Positions 38,698-48,894 are shown, counted from the stretch's first letter. The stretch is 58,187 bases of DNA from Candidatus Woesearchaeota archaeon (GCA_964444465.1 CAYUGZ010000003.1:1-58187); one strand, 5' to 3'. Notes: generated from the letters alone by a model not told the origin. Made by a program: numbers and translations.

Positions 38698-40110
38698 TTA
38701 TCTTTCTTTTGTACTAAAATAAGTTAATTTATTAGAATAAACTTCAACTATCTTTCCTTTTCTTTTATATCTTACTTTAGCTCTAGGCAAAACTAATTTC
38801 CCTACAATATGTAATTGAGATTCAATCTCATATGAAATAACTCTCTCTTCTCCATCTAATAATTCTTTAAGAGTCCATAACATTCTAATTCCTCTTGAAC
38901 CTCTTTGCATTTTAGCTGGTTTTAATGTTCCAAACTCATGTTTAGGTTTTACAAGATTTGGAGCTACATCTATAATCTCTACATCTTTTAGGTTTGTTAA
39001 TCTATTCTTTATATGCAATAAAACTTTTATTTCTGATATTCCACCTTTATCATCTTTAACCTTAAATACTGCTTTTTTTACTGAAACTTTCTTCCCATAC
39101 AAATAAAAAATGACAGCTGAAAATACTAATAAAGCTATGATGAAAACAAAAATTGATCTATAATCTGTCTCAGCAGTTATATTAAATGAATCTCCAGGTT
39201 GTAACTCAAAATTCCATTCTAAATTTCCATTTTCAATCTTATCAGGATCAATATTATAAGTTGTGAACATTCTTTTAAAACTACTTAATTCAACAATAAA
39301 TGTCTCTTTTACTTTTAAATTTCCATTATTTGACTTAACTAAATTGATTGTAGAAGTTAAAAATGCTGAATCTTTTTCGGATTTTTCATTAATATTTGGA
39401 TTTCTTATAATTTTAAAATCTTTAACGAAAGATCCTCTTAATTTATTTTCTTGTGTAGCTGTAATGATTAAAGTATAATCTCCAGGACTTGTAGTTGGAG
39501 GGATCTCAAATTCTATTGTTTTTGTTGCTTCTTGATAAGGAAATAATTTTAATTTTAATTCTTCTTTAAATAATTCACTTTCTATTAATATGATTACATC
39601 TTCTAAGATCACATTTATCTTATTTTCTAATTCTATATTAATAGATGATTTTCTTCCAGGTACAATCTCTTCTAAGATATTTGAAGTTATCTCAACTAAT
39701 TTTTCTGGTGGAATAACACTAACAATCAAATCATGGTCTGTTTTAAGGTTAGAATTTGATAAAGATCTTATTCTTACAAATGTTTTATATGTTTTATCTG
39801 GTTTGATGTCTTCTCTTAATCTTACTCTTACTAAAGTTTTTTCTACAGAATTTGCTTTAATTTGTAAAGTTCCTTTCTCTATATCAATATTTTCAAATAT
39901 ATCTGAAAAAGGTGCAACTGAAAACTCATCTGGGGTTACAAAAAAAGTATCTGCTACGTTTTGATTATTTCTAACACTTAACTCAAATATCCCTATACCT
40001 CCAGGATAAACTTGGTCTGTTAAAGATTTATCTGTAACGTATAATCTTTGGGAGTGTACATTAGGTATTAACAAAAGAATTACTATCAATAAGATCACTA
40101 TCTTTCTCAT
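38698..40110 (-). CDS. hypothetical cell-surface protein (signal peptide, beta-rich ectodomain, TM helix near the C-terminal third)
   Basis: N-terminal ILLIVILLLIPNVHS; internal hydrophobic helix FVFIIALLVFSAVIFYLY. Confidence 0.5.
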   Translation of the reverse strand: MRKIVILLIVILLLIPNVHSQRLYVTDKSLTDQVYPGGIGIFELSVRNNQNVADTFFVTPDEFSVAPFSDIFENIDIEKGTLQIKANSVEKTLVRVRLREDIKPDKTYKTFVRIRSLSNSNLKTDHDLIVSVIPPEKLVEITSNILEEIVPGRKSSINIELENKINVILEDVIILIESELFKEELKLKLFPYQEATKTIEFEIPPTTSPGDYTLIITATQENKLRGSFVKDFKIIRNPNINEKSEKDSAFLTSTINLVKSNNGNLKVKETFIVELSSFKRMFTTYNIDPDKIENGNLEWNFELQPGDSFNITAETDYRSIFVFIIALLVFSAVIFYLYGKKVSVKKAVFKVKDDKGGISEIKVLLHIKNRLTNLKDVEIIDVAPNLVKPKHEFGTLKPAKMQRGSRGIRMLWTLKELLDGEERVISYEIESQLHIVGKLVLPRAKVRYKRKGKIVEVYSNKLTYFSTKER

Positions 40111-40277
40111 GTTACTTATAAAGCAAGCAGATGATATTTAAGCGTTTTGATGATTTCATATATTTATTGAAAAATAGGTGTTAATTTACGTAATATGCTA
40201 AAGATAAAATGAAAATGTTTATATAAAAAATTTGGGATAAGAGTATATTCAATTAAGATTAATAAGGAGGATACAAA

Positions 40278-40532
40278 ATGGCTAAGATGGATAGGGCAGC
40301 AAAAGTAGGTCTCACAGTTTTTGCTCTAGTTGGACTCGCTTCTATTGCATTATATTGTGGATATGTTAGACCTAATAGACCTCCAAAACCAACTTTCCAA
40401 CCAAGACCTAGATTAAGATCCCATTATCAACCACAAGGATTGGGAGAAAGAGTAAGTTCGTATAGTGGATTTGGAGATTTAGAAAGAAAATTTGGTGCTG
40501 ATTTAAGATATGAACCTTCTACTAAGGTTTAA
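40278..40532 (+). CDS. hypothetical small membrane protein, Pro/Arg-rich
   Basis: AAGGAGG Shine-Dalgarno; TM helix VGLTVFALVGLASIALYCG; higher G+C than neighbours. Confidence 0.45.
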   Translation: MAKMDRAAKVGLTVFALVGLASIALYCGYVRPNRPPKPTFQPRPRLRSHYQPQGLGERVSSYSGFGDLERKFGADLRYEPSTKV

Positions 40533-41080
40533 ATTCTAATTATTTTTGCAATTTTACTTGTTAAATCTATTATGATAGATGGATTGTTCTCTAAGATCCC
40601 ATCATCTATTCCAATATCTACTATTTTTTGGATTGATCTAGGAACTTTCTTTATTTTTGTTATAGAATCTTTTCCAGTTTTATTTACTGAAGTAGTGATG
40701 AATGGAACCCTTGCTTGTTGAATTAATTTTGTAAAAGGATGATTTGGAATTCTCACTCCTAGAGTATTAAATCCTAAATTAACTTCATAAGGAACAACTA
40801 TTTTTTTTTGTTTTAGTATAAATGTAAATGGTCCTGGAAGTCTTTGAATATAATGTTTTTTAACATCAAAATTTCTATAGATCCAATTTTTATCATGAGC
40901 TATAATTGAAAAAGGTTTGTCACTTTTTTTAGATTCACGAATTTGTTTAACAGAATTTTCATCTAAAGCATTACAACCTAATCCATAGATTGTATCAGTG
41001 GGATAAACAAATATAGATCCTTTTCTTATATGATTTATGATTTCTCTTTCTCTTATTTTTGAAAATTCAATTATTTTCAT
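40529..41080 (-). CDS. tsaC: L-threonylcarbamoyladenylate synthase, YrdC-domain only (Sua5/YrdC family)
   Basis: VYPTDTIYGLGCNA, SKKSDKPFSI, LGVRIPNHP. Confidence 0.8.
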   Translation of the reverse strand: MKIIEFSKIREREIINHIRKGSIFVYPTDTIYGLGCNALDENSVKQIRESKKSDKPFSIIAHDKNWIYRNFDVKKHYIQRLPGPFTFILKQKKIVVPYEVNLGFNTLGVRIPNHPFTKLIQQARVPFITTSVNKTGKDSITKIKKVPRSIQKIVDIGIDDGILENNPSIIIDLTSKIAKIIRI

Positions 41081-43131
41081 ATTATAGAAGTAATGTGGTT
41101 TTCTTTTTTAAAACTTATTACATTATCAACAAAAGTTTCTATTTTAGGTTCATGGCTAACAATGATAATTTGTTTTAAGTTCAATTCTTTTAACACAATC
41201 CTTATTCTATCTAACTGTTCATCTGAAAATCCATCTGTTGGTTCATCTAAAATTATTAAATCATTAGTTTTTATACTAATAATCAAATTATTGATAACTT
41301 GGTTTAAAGATAATCTATAAGCTAATGCAGCTGCTGTTTTTTCTCCACCGCTTAAATAAGCATAATCTATATCATGATTATTTTGTTCTATTAAAGGACT
41401 TAAATCTTCATCTAATCTAATCTTAATATCTTCATTATTAACTAATGTATAAAACCATTTTTGGAATAATGAATTAAAATCATTATAAACTTTTAACATA
41501 ATATTATTTTCTATTAAATCTAAAGAAGGAATAAAATATTTTTCTAACCATTCTTGAATCCTTGTTAATTGTTCCATATCTTTTCTTTTAAGCTCTTTTC
41601 TTTTTATTTCATCAGTTAAATTTTCTATATTAAATTCTATATTCTTTTTTTCAATTTCTAAAGTATTTTTATTAATATCTAAATTCTTTGATTCTTGTTG
41701 TAACTCTTCAATTTTTTCATTTGTTTCTTTAGTTTTTTCTTCTATATCTCCAAATTCTTTTAATTCTTTATACAAAACTCCATTTCTAACATTCATTTCT
41801 GTAATCTCATTATTAAATCTTTTTTGTAATGATTTTAAAGATTCTACATCTGTTAACTTACTAGAAATAGAATCTAATTTAACTTTATTAATCTCATATT
41901 CTTTTTCTAGATTATTTAATTTCTCTAAATCTTTTTTATTCTTATCTAAATTAGAATTTAATTCTTGTTCTTGTTTTTCTGAATTTATTATCTCTTGTTT
42001 TAGATGAGAAATCAAACCTTGTTCTTTGTTAAGAACATTATCTTTGTAATCTTTAGAAACATCTTGTTTACAAATTGGACAAATATTTAAATCTTGAATT
42101 TCATCTATTATTTTAGATGAATTGATTGTTGTTATTCTTGATTCATTTAATTTATTTCTAATTGAACTTAATTCTAATTCTAATTCTTTAATATTATCTT
42201 TTATTTTGTTTATATCTCTCTCTATTTGTTCTAAATTGATATTAATATTAACATTTTTATTGATATCCTCAATTTCTTGTTCTAAACTCTTAATTTTTCC
42301 ATCATCTTCTTTTATTCTTTCTAAATTATTGTCTAATTTTTGTTCATTTAATTCTAATTGAGTTCTAATCTCACTTAATTTCTTGAAATCAGATTCAATT
42401 TTAGATAATTCTTGTTTTTTAGATTTAATATCTTTATTTAATGAATTTAGTTGAGGAGTTAATTTTATTATTCCTTCACTTAATTTTGTAGTTTTATCTT
42501 TTAAAGATTCTAACTCTTGTTGTTTTGAATTTAAATCTAATAAATAACCTTGTAACTCTTTATTTTTTTCTTTTATTGAACTTATAAAAATTTTAGTGTT
42601 ATCTTTAATTGTTTTATACTTATCAATTCCAAATACTTTCCTCAAAGTTTCTAATCTTAAGTCATTAGAAGATAGTAAAATTTGTTTCATTTCATCTTGA
42701 GGGGTATAAACTGTATATCTATAAATTAAATCTTTGTTTCTAGTTAACATATCTTTAGGATAATTTAACAAATCAAGAATTTTTTGTTTTAATTCAACTG
42801 GAGAAAGTTCTTTTTTTTCATTATTTATTAATATATATCCTGAATCTTGTGTAACAGTAGTTCCTCTTTTTAATGTTCTTTTAATAACTATTTTATCATT
42901 ATTTATTTCAAAATAGAATTCTACAGATCCTTTATCAGATCCATTTCTTAGCAAAGAAGCTCCACTTAGATTCCCTCTTCTCAATCCAAACAAAGCAAAA
43001 TCAATTGCTAATAATATAGAAGTTTTACCAGATCCAATATTTCCAGTTAACAATGTAGCTCCTTCTACAAAATCTATTTCTTGTTTAACATAACTTCTAA
43101 TATTTTCTAAAATAATTTTTTTAAGTAACAT
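41077..43131 (-). CDS. rad50: DNA double-strand-break repair ATPase Rad50 (short coiled coil)
   Basis: Walker A GNIGSGKTS, zinc hook CPICKQ mid-protein, signature LSGGEK, Walker B LIILDEPT. Confidence 0.85.
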   Translation of the reverse strand: MLLKKIILENIRSYVKQEIDFVEGATLLTGNIGSGKTSILLAIDFALFGLRRGNLSGASLLRNGSDKGSVEFYFEINNDKIVIKRTLKRGTTVTQDSGYILINNEKKELSPVELKQKILDLLNYPKDMLTRNKDLIYRYTVYTPQDEMKQILLSSNDLRLETLRKVFGIDKYKTIKDNTKIFISSIKEKNKELQGYLLDLNSKQQELESLKDKTTKLSEGIIKLTPQLNSLNKDIKSKKQELSKIESDFKKLSEIRTQLELNEQKLDNNLERIKEDDGKIKSLEQEIEDINKNVNININLEQIERDINKIKDNIKELELELSSIRNKLNESRITTINSSKIIDEIQDLNICPICKQDVSKDYKDNVLNKEQGLISHLKQEIINSEKQEQELNSNLDKNKKDLEKLNNLEKEYEINKVKLDSISSKLTDVESLKSLQKRFNNEITEMNVRNGVLYKELKEFGDIEEKTKETNEKIEELQQESKNLDINKNTLEIEKKNIEFNIENLTDEIKRKELKRKDMEQLTRIQEWLEKYFIPSLDLIENNIMLKVYNDFNSLFQKWFYTLVNNEDIKIRLDEDLSPLIEQNNHDIDYAYLSGGEKTAAALAYRLSLNQVINNLIISIKTNDLIILDEPTDGFSDEQLDRIRIVLKELNLKQIIIVSHEPKIETFVDNVISFKKENHITSII

Positions 43132-44311
43132 CTTTCCAAATATTATCTAATCCTAAAATTTTTATGGTATCCTCAACAATTCTGGATTCAAAATCTGTCT
43201 TAGTTTCTCCATCTTCTCTTTCTCTTGATAATAAGTTCATTAATTCATTACTAAATTTAATGTCATTTAAATTAGAATTCTGTAAATTTTCTATTAATAC
43301 TCTAGTTTCAATCTCCTCTACAGTTCCTTCTACTTTAGGGGCTTCAAATTCCTTACTTTCTAATTTATTTGTATTTCTTAATATTGAATAAGCATTAGTT
43401 TTTTGCATTATTTCTTTAAAATTAATATCTGTTGGTTTACCTGAACTTAAAGTCCCTTCAATCCTTATCGTTATAATCTTATCTTCAACATCTTTTAAAT
43501 TATCAATCAATTCTTTTTCAATTTGTGAAGGAACTTTGTTGTTAGCATCAATCAATAAAGAGTTAACTTCTTTTATTTCAATAGGAATATGTTTAGTTAT
43601 ATTATTTGTTACATCCACAATAAAAAACCCTCCTTTTTTTAATTCTTCTAATTCTTTAAAATTATTAGGAAATAATGGTCCTGGATAAGCTACAATCCCA
43701 TAACCTTCATGTTGCTGTGCATAAACAAAATGTGGATGCCCTCCAGCGTAATAATTAAAATTTTTAGGAAGTAAAAACATAGAATAAGCTTCTACATTCT
43801 CTAAATCTTTTGGTTTTAATTCTTCTAGTAAAGCATGAAACATAAAAATTTTATACCCAGACTCTTTTTCTAATGATTCTTTATTCAACATTAGATAATC
43901 TTGTTTTTCTAACCCTCTTCTCCTTCCATACAACCCAGTTATCTTTACATTTGTTTTATCTATAGTAAATTCAAGATTATTATCTTTTAATTTCATTACA
44001 TTTTCTAATAATCCAGCTTTTTCTAGAACATCTAACATTGTTTTTCCAGAAACAGAATAATCATGGCTTCCAGGGATCACATAAACTGAGATATTTTGAT
44101 CATGAGCCTTTCTTAATGTATCTGCTACTTCTTTTATTAATTCAATATCGGGTAGAGATGTATTGAATAAGTCTCCAGCTATTAATATAAATCCTACATT
44201 CTCTTTTATAGATTGAAAAATTGATTCTTTAAAATGTAAAATGCTTAATTGCTTTAATTCTGGCTCTCTCCAACCTCCAACATGACAATCAGCTATATGT
44301 GAGAATTTCAT
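43121..44311 (-). CDS. mre11: DNA double-strand-break repair nuclease Mre11
   Basis: Phosphoesterase motifs HIADCHVG, AGDLFN, PGSHD, GGHPH. Confidence 0.85.
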   Translation of the reverse strand: MKFSHIADCHVGGWREPELKQLSILHFKESIFQSIKENVGFILIAGDLFNTSLPDIELIKEVADTLRKAHDQNISVYVIPGSHDYSVSGKTMLDVLEKAGLLENVMKLKDNNLEFTIDKTNVKITGLYGRRRGLEKQDYLMLNKESLEKESGYKIFMFHALLEELKPKDLENVEAYSMFLLPKNFNYYAGGHPHFVYAQQHEGYGIVAYPGPLFPNNFKELEELKKGGFFIVDVTNNITKHIPIEIKEVNSLLIDANNKVPSQIEKELIDNLKDVEDKIITIRIEGTLSSGKPTDINFKEIMQKTNAYSILRNTNKLESKEFEAPKVEGTVEEIETRVLIENLQNSNLNDIKFSNELMNLLSREREDGETKTDFESRIVEDTIKILGLDNIWKDVT

Positions 44312-44428
44312 AGTTTTAAACTAAGCTAAGAATTTATAAAAATTGATATGATTTAATATGGTAGTTTAATGAAAAGTTAAGGTCTATCCATAATCATTAA
44401 AAACCTTAAAGGTTTAAGATAATTATAA

Positions 44429-44791
44429 ATGATTATGAGATTTTGGATAATTATTTCAATTGCAATAATATTGATAGTTTTAGGAATATTATTTGTAATG
44501 TTAACTTCTAGAAAAAAAGAATACAAACCAGATTATTATAGCTTCTTTGTTATGGGGATTATTTGGGTTCCTTTTGGAATAATCTTTGATAATAAGATAT
44601 TTCTAATAATGGGTATTGCTTTCATAATTACTGGGTTGATTAATAAAAAGAAATGGGAAAAGAATAGAAAAAATTGGAAAAATTTAGATAAAACAGAAAA
44701 AAGAATTATGATTATTATAATTTCTATCTTATTAATATCTTTAATTTTAGGTGTAGTAGTTTTATTGTTAAAAAAGAACGGAATAATCTAA
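44429..44791 (+). CDS. hypothetical membrane protein
   Basis: Four hydrophobic segments. Confidence 0.45.
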   Translation: MIMRFWIIISIAIILIVLGILFVMLTSRKKEYKPDYYSFFVMGIIWVPFGIIFDNKIFLIMGIAFIITGLINKKKWEKNRKNWKNLDKTEKRIMIIIISILLISLILGVVVLLLKKNGII

Positions 44792-44926
44792 TAAAAAAGA
44801 AGATCATTCTCTGTTTTCTATATGTCACTACTAATGGATAGGTAAAATAGTAAAGTTTATAAATAGCTAAATTAGAATTAATATATCAATAAAATGATTA
44901 TATTTTAAGATTTATGGAGGAATAAA

Positions 44927-45199
44927 ATGGAAGAATATTGTTGTATTGAAGGATGTGAAAAAGGTAAAGAATACCAGATTAAATGGGAAAAAGGAGGAGA
45001 AACAATACAAGAAAGAGGTGCATGTAATCAACTAGCTCATGTTGCTCAAGCTGGTTTTGATGAAGAACGTGGAAAACCTAGTTCTATAACACAAATGGTA
45101 ACTAATGAAGAAGACTCTCATTTATTAAAAATAGTTACAGGGACTTTACCCTATCAAGAATTAGTAAAAACAGGAGAGTTTAAAGTAAGAAAAGAGTAA
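44927..45199 (+). CDS. hypothetical protein
   Basis: GGAGGAATAAAATG start context; BRE/TATA-like AGTAAAGTTTATAAA at 44849-44863. Confidence 0.45.
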   Translation: MEEYCCIEGCEKGKEYQIKWEKGGETIQERGACNQLAHVAQAGFDEERGKPSSITQMVTNEEDSHLLKIVTGTLPYQELVKTGEFKVRKE

Positions 45200-45214
45200 T
45201 TCTATATTATTAAA

Positions 45215-45409
45215 ATGTCAAAATTTGTAGAACTAATTGAAGAATTGAGAATAGGTGGAATAGAAGAACATTTTAGATATTTAAAAGAAGAAAAAGAGGA
45301 TATTGGAGGATGGGATGGCTTATTTTTAAGCATTCTAGCTTTACCAAATGAACAACTTAAACAAAGTTATTTTGAAAGATTTAATGAAGAACGAGGGGAT
45401 ATCTATTAA
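45215..45409 (+). CDS. hypothetical small protein
   Basis: 64-codon ORF. Confidence 0.4.
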   Translation: MSKFVELIEELRIGGIEEHFRYLKEEKEDIGGWDGLFLSILALPNEQLKQSYFERFNEERGDIY

Positions 45410-45413
45410 AAAA

Positions 45414-45968
45414 ATGAAAAATAAAATTATAATCTTATTGTTATTAAGCTTAGTATTTGTTAGTAGTTGCAGTCTAGGTTTAGAAGGAATAACAGGAAAT
45501 GTTGTATTAGAGAATACTTTAAGTGAAGAAGAAGAAAAAGCAAGATTAGAATTAATTGAAGAACTAGATAGATTACTTGAAGAGATAAAATCTCCACTTA
45601 TAGACATAGAAACTAAAGAAAATAAACATATATTCAATTTTTTACTACCTAGAAGATCTGGAACTTATGCCCCTTATTATGAAGTGTATGATCAACCAAT
45701 AATGATAGAATATGATATAGAAAGTGATTGGATTGTTTCAATTTATTTCCTAAAATCTGAAGAAGATTGGAGAAAAAGTACTAAATTAGATGGTGTTGAA
45801 GAAAACTTTGAATTTTTTTGTAAAGGTAGAGGGAAAAAATTAAAAGGAAGTTGTGAAATTGATTCAGGAGGTTTTGGAATCATTAATTCAGGGAGTAATA
45901 TAATTAATGTTAGTATGAGTCTAACCATAACACCAATTGATGAAAATATTAAACAATTTACTAATTAA
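45414..45968 (+). CDS. hypothetical lipoprotein
   Basis: Track ORF starts at 45348; ATG 45414 gives MKNKIIILLLLSLVFVSSC, a lipobox-like signal. Confidence 0.45.
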   Translation: MKNKIIILLLLSLVFVSSCSLGLEGITGNVVLENTLSEEEEKARLELIEELDRLLEEIKSPLIDIETKENKHIFNFLLPRRSGTYAPYYEVYDQPIMIEYDIESDWIVSIYFLKSEEDWRKSTKLDGVEENFEFFCKGRGKKLKGSCEIDSGGFGIINSGSNIINVSMSLTITPIDENIKQFTN

Positions 45969-45969
45969 A

Positions 45970-46149
45970 ATGAAAGAATATTACACAGATAGTTATGTTA
46001 AAGAAGAAGGATCACTTGAGATTATAAGAACTGCTCGTATTATGGGCTTACCTTATGGAGAAGTACAAGGAGGAAAAATTCCAACGGTGATACTTTTAAA
46101 CTATGGAAATGGGATTCCTCCAGTAGGAGTAGAGATATTAGTGAACTAA
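45970..46149 (+). CDS. hypothetical small protein (coding-like sequence continues in the -1 frame to 46280)
   Basis: ATG 45970 (MKEYYTDSYV) is the likely start. Confidence 0.35.
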   Translation: MKEYYTDSYVKEEGSLEIIRTARIMGLPYGEVQGGKIPTVILLNYGNGIPPVGVEILVN

Positions 46150-46401
46150 GAGCTGAACTCCATGCTCCTTCTCATAAAGATTTAGAAGAAAGATTAAAGG
46201 GAATTGAAGTTGAGGTTATTATAGATAAAGAAAATGAAAAAATTATTAGAAGTATATGCCTCCCAATAACTGAAGAATAAAAAATACCAAAAGCTTATAA
46301 ACCGAAAATACAATAGAATAATATTAGAGTACAATGAGAGGGCACTTGTAAACAACATTTCGCTTTTTCTTTAAGGTGCTTAATAAATAAGAGATAGAAA
46401 A

Positions 46402-47733
46402 ATGAAATTTGAAGATTTTAAATTAGATAAAGATTTGTTAAAAAACATTAACGATCTAAAATTTGTAGAACCAACACAAATACAAGAAAAATCCATTCCA
46501 CCTATACTTGAAGGAAGAGATGTAGTAGGAGAATCAGCAACAGGATCTGGTAAAACATTAGCTTTTGGTTGTGGAGTTCTAAAAAAGGTCTCTCCAAAAA
46601 AAGGATTACAAGGATTAATCTTAACTCCAACAAGAGAATTAGCTGAACAAGTAAAAGAATCTATAAAAAATTTAGCAAGACATACCCATTTGAATGTTAT
46701 TTCTGTATATGGTGGAGTAGATATAAAAAAACAAATTTATAATCTTCCAAAAGCAGAGATTGTTATTGCAACTCCTGGAAGACTATTAGATCATTTACAA
46801 AGAAAAACTGTTGATTTATCTAAAGTTAACATATTGGTCTTAGATGAATGTGACAGAATGTTTGATATGGGTTTTAAAGAAGACATAGAACAAATTATTA
46901 GAAAATGTCCAAAAGAAAGACAAAGTTTATTTTTCTCAGCAACAGTCTCTTCTCAAATAAAAAATTTAGCTAATAACTATTCAAACAACCCAATTAAAGT
47001 ATCAGCTAAAATAATGGTAGATCCTGAAAAACTTAAACAAGTTTATTATAACACCCCTAAAAATATGAAGTTATCTTTACTTGTTCAATTATTAGAGATG
47101 GAAAAATCAGGATTAATAATGGTGTTTTGTAATACTAGAAGAAATGTTGATTTTGTGGTTAAAAATCTTAAAGTAAATAATATTAAAGCAATAGCAATCC
47201 ATGGTGGAATGGCTCAAAACAAGAGAACTAACACTATTGAGATGTTTAATGGAAATAAGTTTGGAGTATTAGTTTGTACTGATGTAGCAGCAAGAGGATT
47301 ACATATTGATAATGTTTCTCATATATATAACTATGACATCCCAAGAGATCCAAAAGATTATGTCCATAGAATCGGAAGAACAGCTAGAGCTGGTGAAGAA
47401 GGTAAAGTAGTTAATTTATTAGCAGAAGATCATTTTGGTAATTTTTCTTTGATAAAAAGAAATTATCCTAATTTTGATATTAAAAAAATGGGAAATATTC
47501 ATGTTAAAAAAATAAAATCATTAAGAACAGATAATTTTCAAAAATTTGGTTCTAGAGGAAGAGGTAATTTTAGGAAACCAAATAATTTTAGAAGGGGTAA
47601 TGATGATAGGAGTGATTCTAGAAGATCAAACAACTTTAGAAGAGATGATGATAGAAGACCAAATAATTCTGGAAGAAATGATTATAGAAGACCTCAAAGA
47701 AGAACAACATCTCAAAGTCATAGATCAAGATAA
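46402..47733 (+). CDS. DEAD-box ATP-dependent RNA helicase with Arg/Asn/Asp-rich C-terminal tail
   Basis: Q motif (F..PTQIQ), SATGSGKT, PTRELA, DECD, SAT, HRIGRTAR. Confidence 0.9.
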   Translation: MKFEDFKLDKDLLKNINDLKFVEPTQIQEKSIPPILEGRDVVGESATGSGKTLAFGCGVLKKVSPKKGLQGLILTPTRELAEQVKESIKNLARHTHLNVISVYGGVDIKKQIYNLPKAEIVIATPGRLLDHLQRKTVDLSKVNILVLDECDRMFDMGFKEDIEQIIRKCPKERQSLFFSATVSSQIKNLANNYSNNPIKVSAKIMVDPEKLKQVYYNTPKNMKLSLLVQLLEMEKSGLIMVFCNTRRNVDFVVKNLKVNNIKAIAIHGGMAQNKRTNTIEMFNGNKFGVLVCTDVAARGLHIDNVSHIYNYDIPRDPKDYVHRIGRTARAGEEGKVVNLLAEDHFGNFSLIKRNYPNFDIKKMGNIHVKKIKSLRTDNFQKFGSRGRGNFRKPNNFRRGNDDRSDSRRSNNFRRDDDRRPNNSGRNDYRRPQRRTTSQSHRSR

Positions 47734-47770
47734 TAAATAATCTTATTAATTCTTAAACTATTTTTAGATA

Positions 47771-48109
47771 ATGGCACATAGTAGTGGATTACATCATTAT
47801 CATTTAAGAAAAAGAATACATCAAAAACATGAAAAATACCCTCATCCTAATAAATCTAAAGCATTAATAGACAAATTTGTTTATATTGCTGCTATTGGTG
47901 GTCCTCTAATAATCCTTCCTCAAATTTATAAAGTTTTGATTGAAAAAACAGTTGAAGGAGTCTCTTCATTAACATGGGGAGGAGCTTCATTAGTAGCATT
48001 ATTATGGTTAAGTTATGGAATAGCACATAAAGACAAACCAATAATTATTGCAAATGTATTATATTTTGTTTTTCAGATAGCTATCTTTTTAGGTGTTATA
48101 TTAAACTAG
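47771..48109 (+). CDS. SemiSWEET/PQ-loop-like 3-TM protein with His-rich N-terminal extension
   Basis: LPQIYKV PQ motif, WLSYG, three TM helices. Confidence 0.55.
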   Translation: MAHSSGLHHYHLRKRIHQKHEKYPHPNKSKALIDKFVYIAAIGGPLIILPQIYKVLIEKTVEGVSSLTWGGASLVALLWLSYGIAHKDKPIIIANVLYFVFQIAIFLGVILN

Positions 48110-48145
48110 ATAAATATTTATAAGATTACATTAATTTTAAATGAT

Positions 48146-48373
48146 ATGGAAATTCAACAAAATCAACCAAACCCAATAAATAATGAGGCAACTGAAGTTA
48201 ATTCTACTACAGTTGATCAGACTAAATCTACAAACATAAGTTCAACTCAGGATAATCAATCTAAAACAGAAGTAGTAAATGACCCAAAAAAAGAAAATTG
48301 GCTTGTTTATGGACTAATAGTTTTAGGGGTGATTATAATTGCATTTGTTCTATATTGGTTTTTCATAAGATAA
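48146..48373 (+). CDS. hypothetical C-terminally anchored small protein
   Basis: Polar N-terminus, one C-terminal TM helix. Confidence 0.4.
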   Translation: MEIQQNQPNPINNEATEVNSTTVDQTKSTNISSTQDNQSKTEVVNDPKKENWLVYGLIVLGVIIIAFVLYWFFIR

Positions 48374-48580
48374 ATGGTAGAAAAAGAAATTGTATTAGAA
48401 CCTGGGGAAAAATATAGTATTTGTACTTGTGGTAAGAGTAAAGTTCTTCCTTTTTGTGATAATACACATAGAGAGTTAAATGAAAAAACTAATTGTAATT
48501 ATAAATCATTGAAAATAACACCTAAAGAAAAAGTCACTATAACTTTATCTTCAAGTAATTGGGAAGAAAATAAAGATTAA
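48374..48580 (+). CDS. CDGSH-type iron-sulfur domain protein
   Basis: CTCGKSKVLPFCDNTH matches C-x-C-x2-S-x3-P-x-C-D-x-x-H. Confidence 0.7.
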   Translation: MVEKEIVLEPGEKYSICTCGKSKVLPFCDNTHRELNEKTNCNYKSLKITPKEKVTITLSSSNWEENKD

Positions 48581-48804
48581 ATAATTATTGCGTATACAAA
48601 TAAGATTAATGAAATAATAAAAAAGAGAACACCCAAATAAGTATAAGATTTCTTATCCCTCTCTAAATCATATTTAATATAAGAGGTAAGATGTAACTTT
48701 TTAGCTAAATAAAATGAAAATTTCCAAACTTTTTCTGGAATTAGTAAACAAGATAAACTAGCTACAAGAAAGATACATGACCTAATTAAGTTAGGACCAT
48801 CCAT
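48577..48804 (-). CDS. hypothetical membrane protein
   Basis: Two hydrophobic segments. Confidence 0.35.
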   Translation of the reverse strand: MDGPNLIRSCIFLVASLSCLLIPEKVWKFSFYLAKKLHLTSYIKYDLERDKKSYTYLGVLFFIISLILFVYAIII

Positions 48805-48894
48805 AAATAATATATGATTAAATAATTTAAATATATTACTATAATTATTTTTAAGATGGAAAGTCTATTAAATATATAGAAGTCGCTATAAAAA

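Noticed and set aside
44401-44415. Palindrome AAACCTT-A-AAGGTTT just upstream of the membrane-protein gene at 44429, as an operator
   Set aside because: It is a single short AT-rich palindrome with no second copy in the window, which is not distinguishable from chance in this composition.
47546-47740. 64-aa ORF in an alternative frame at the end of the DEAD-box helicase gene
   Set aside because: It is an artefact of the repetitive R/N/D-rich tail coding sequence. The helicase frame is continuous and ends at 47733.
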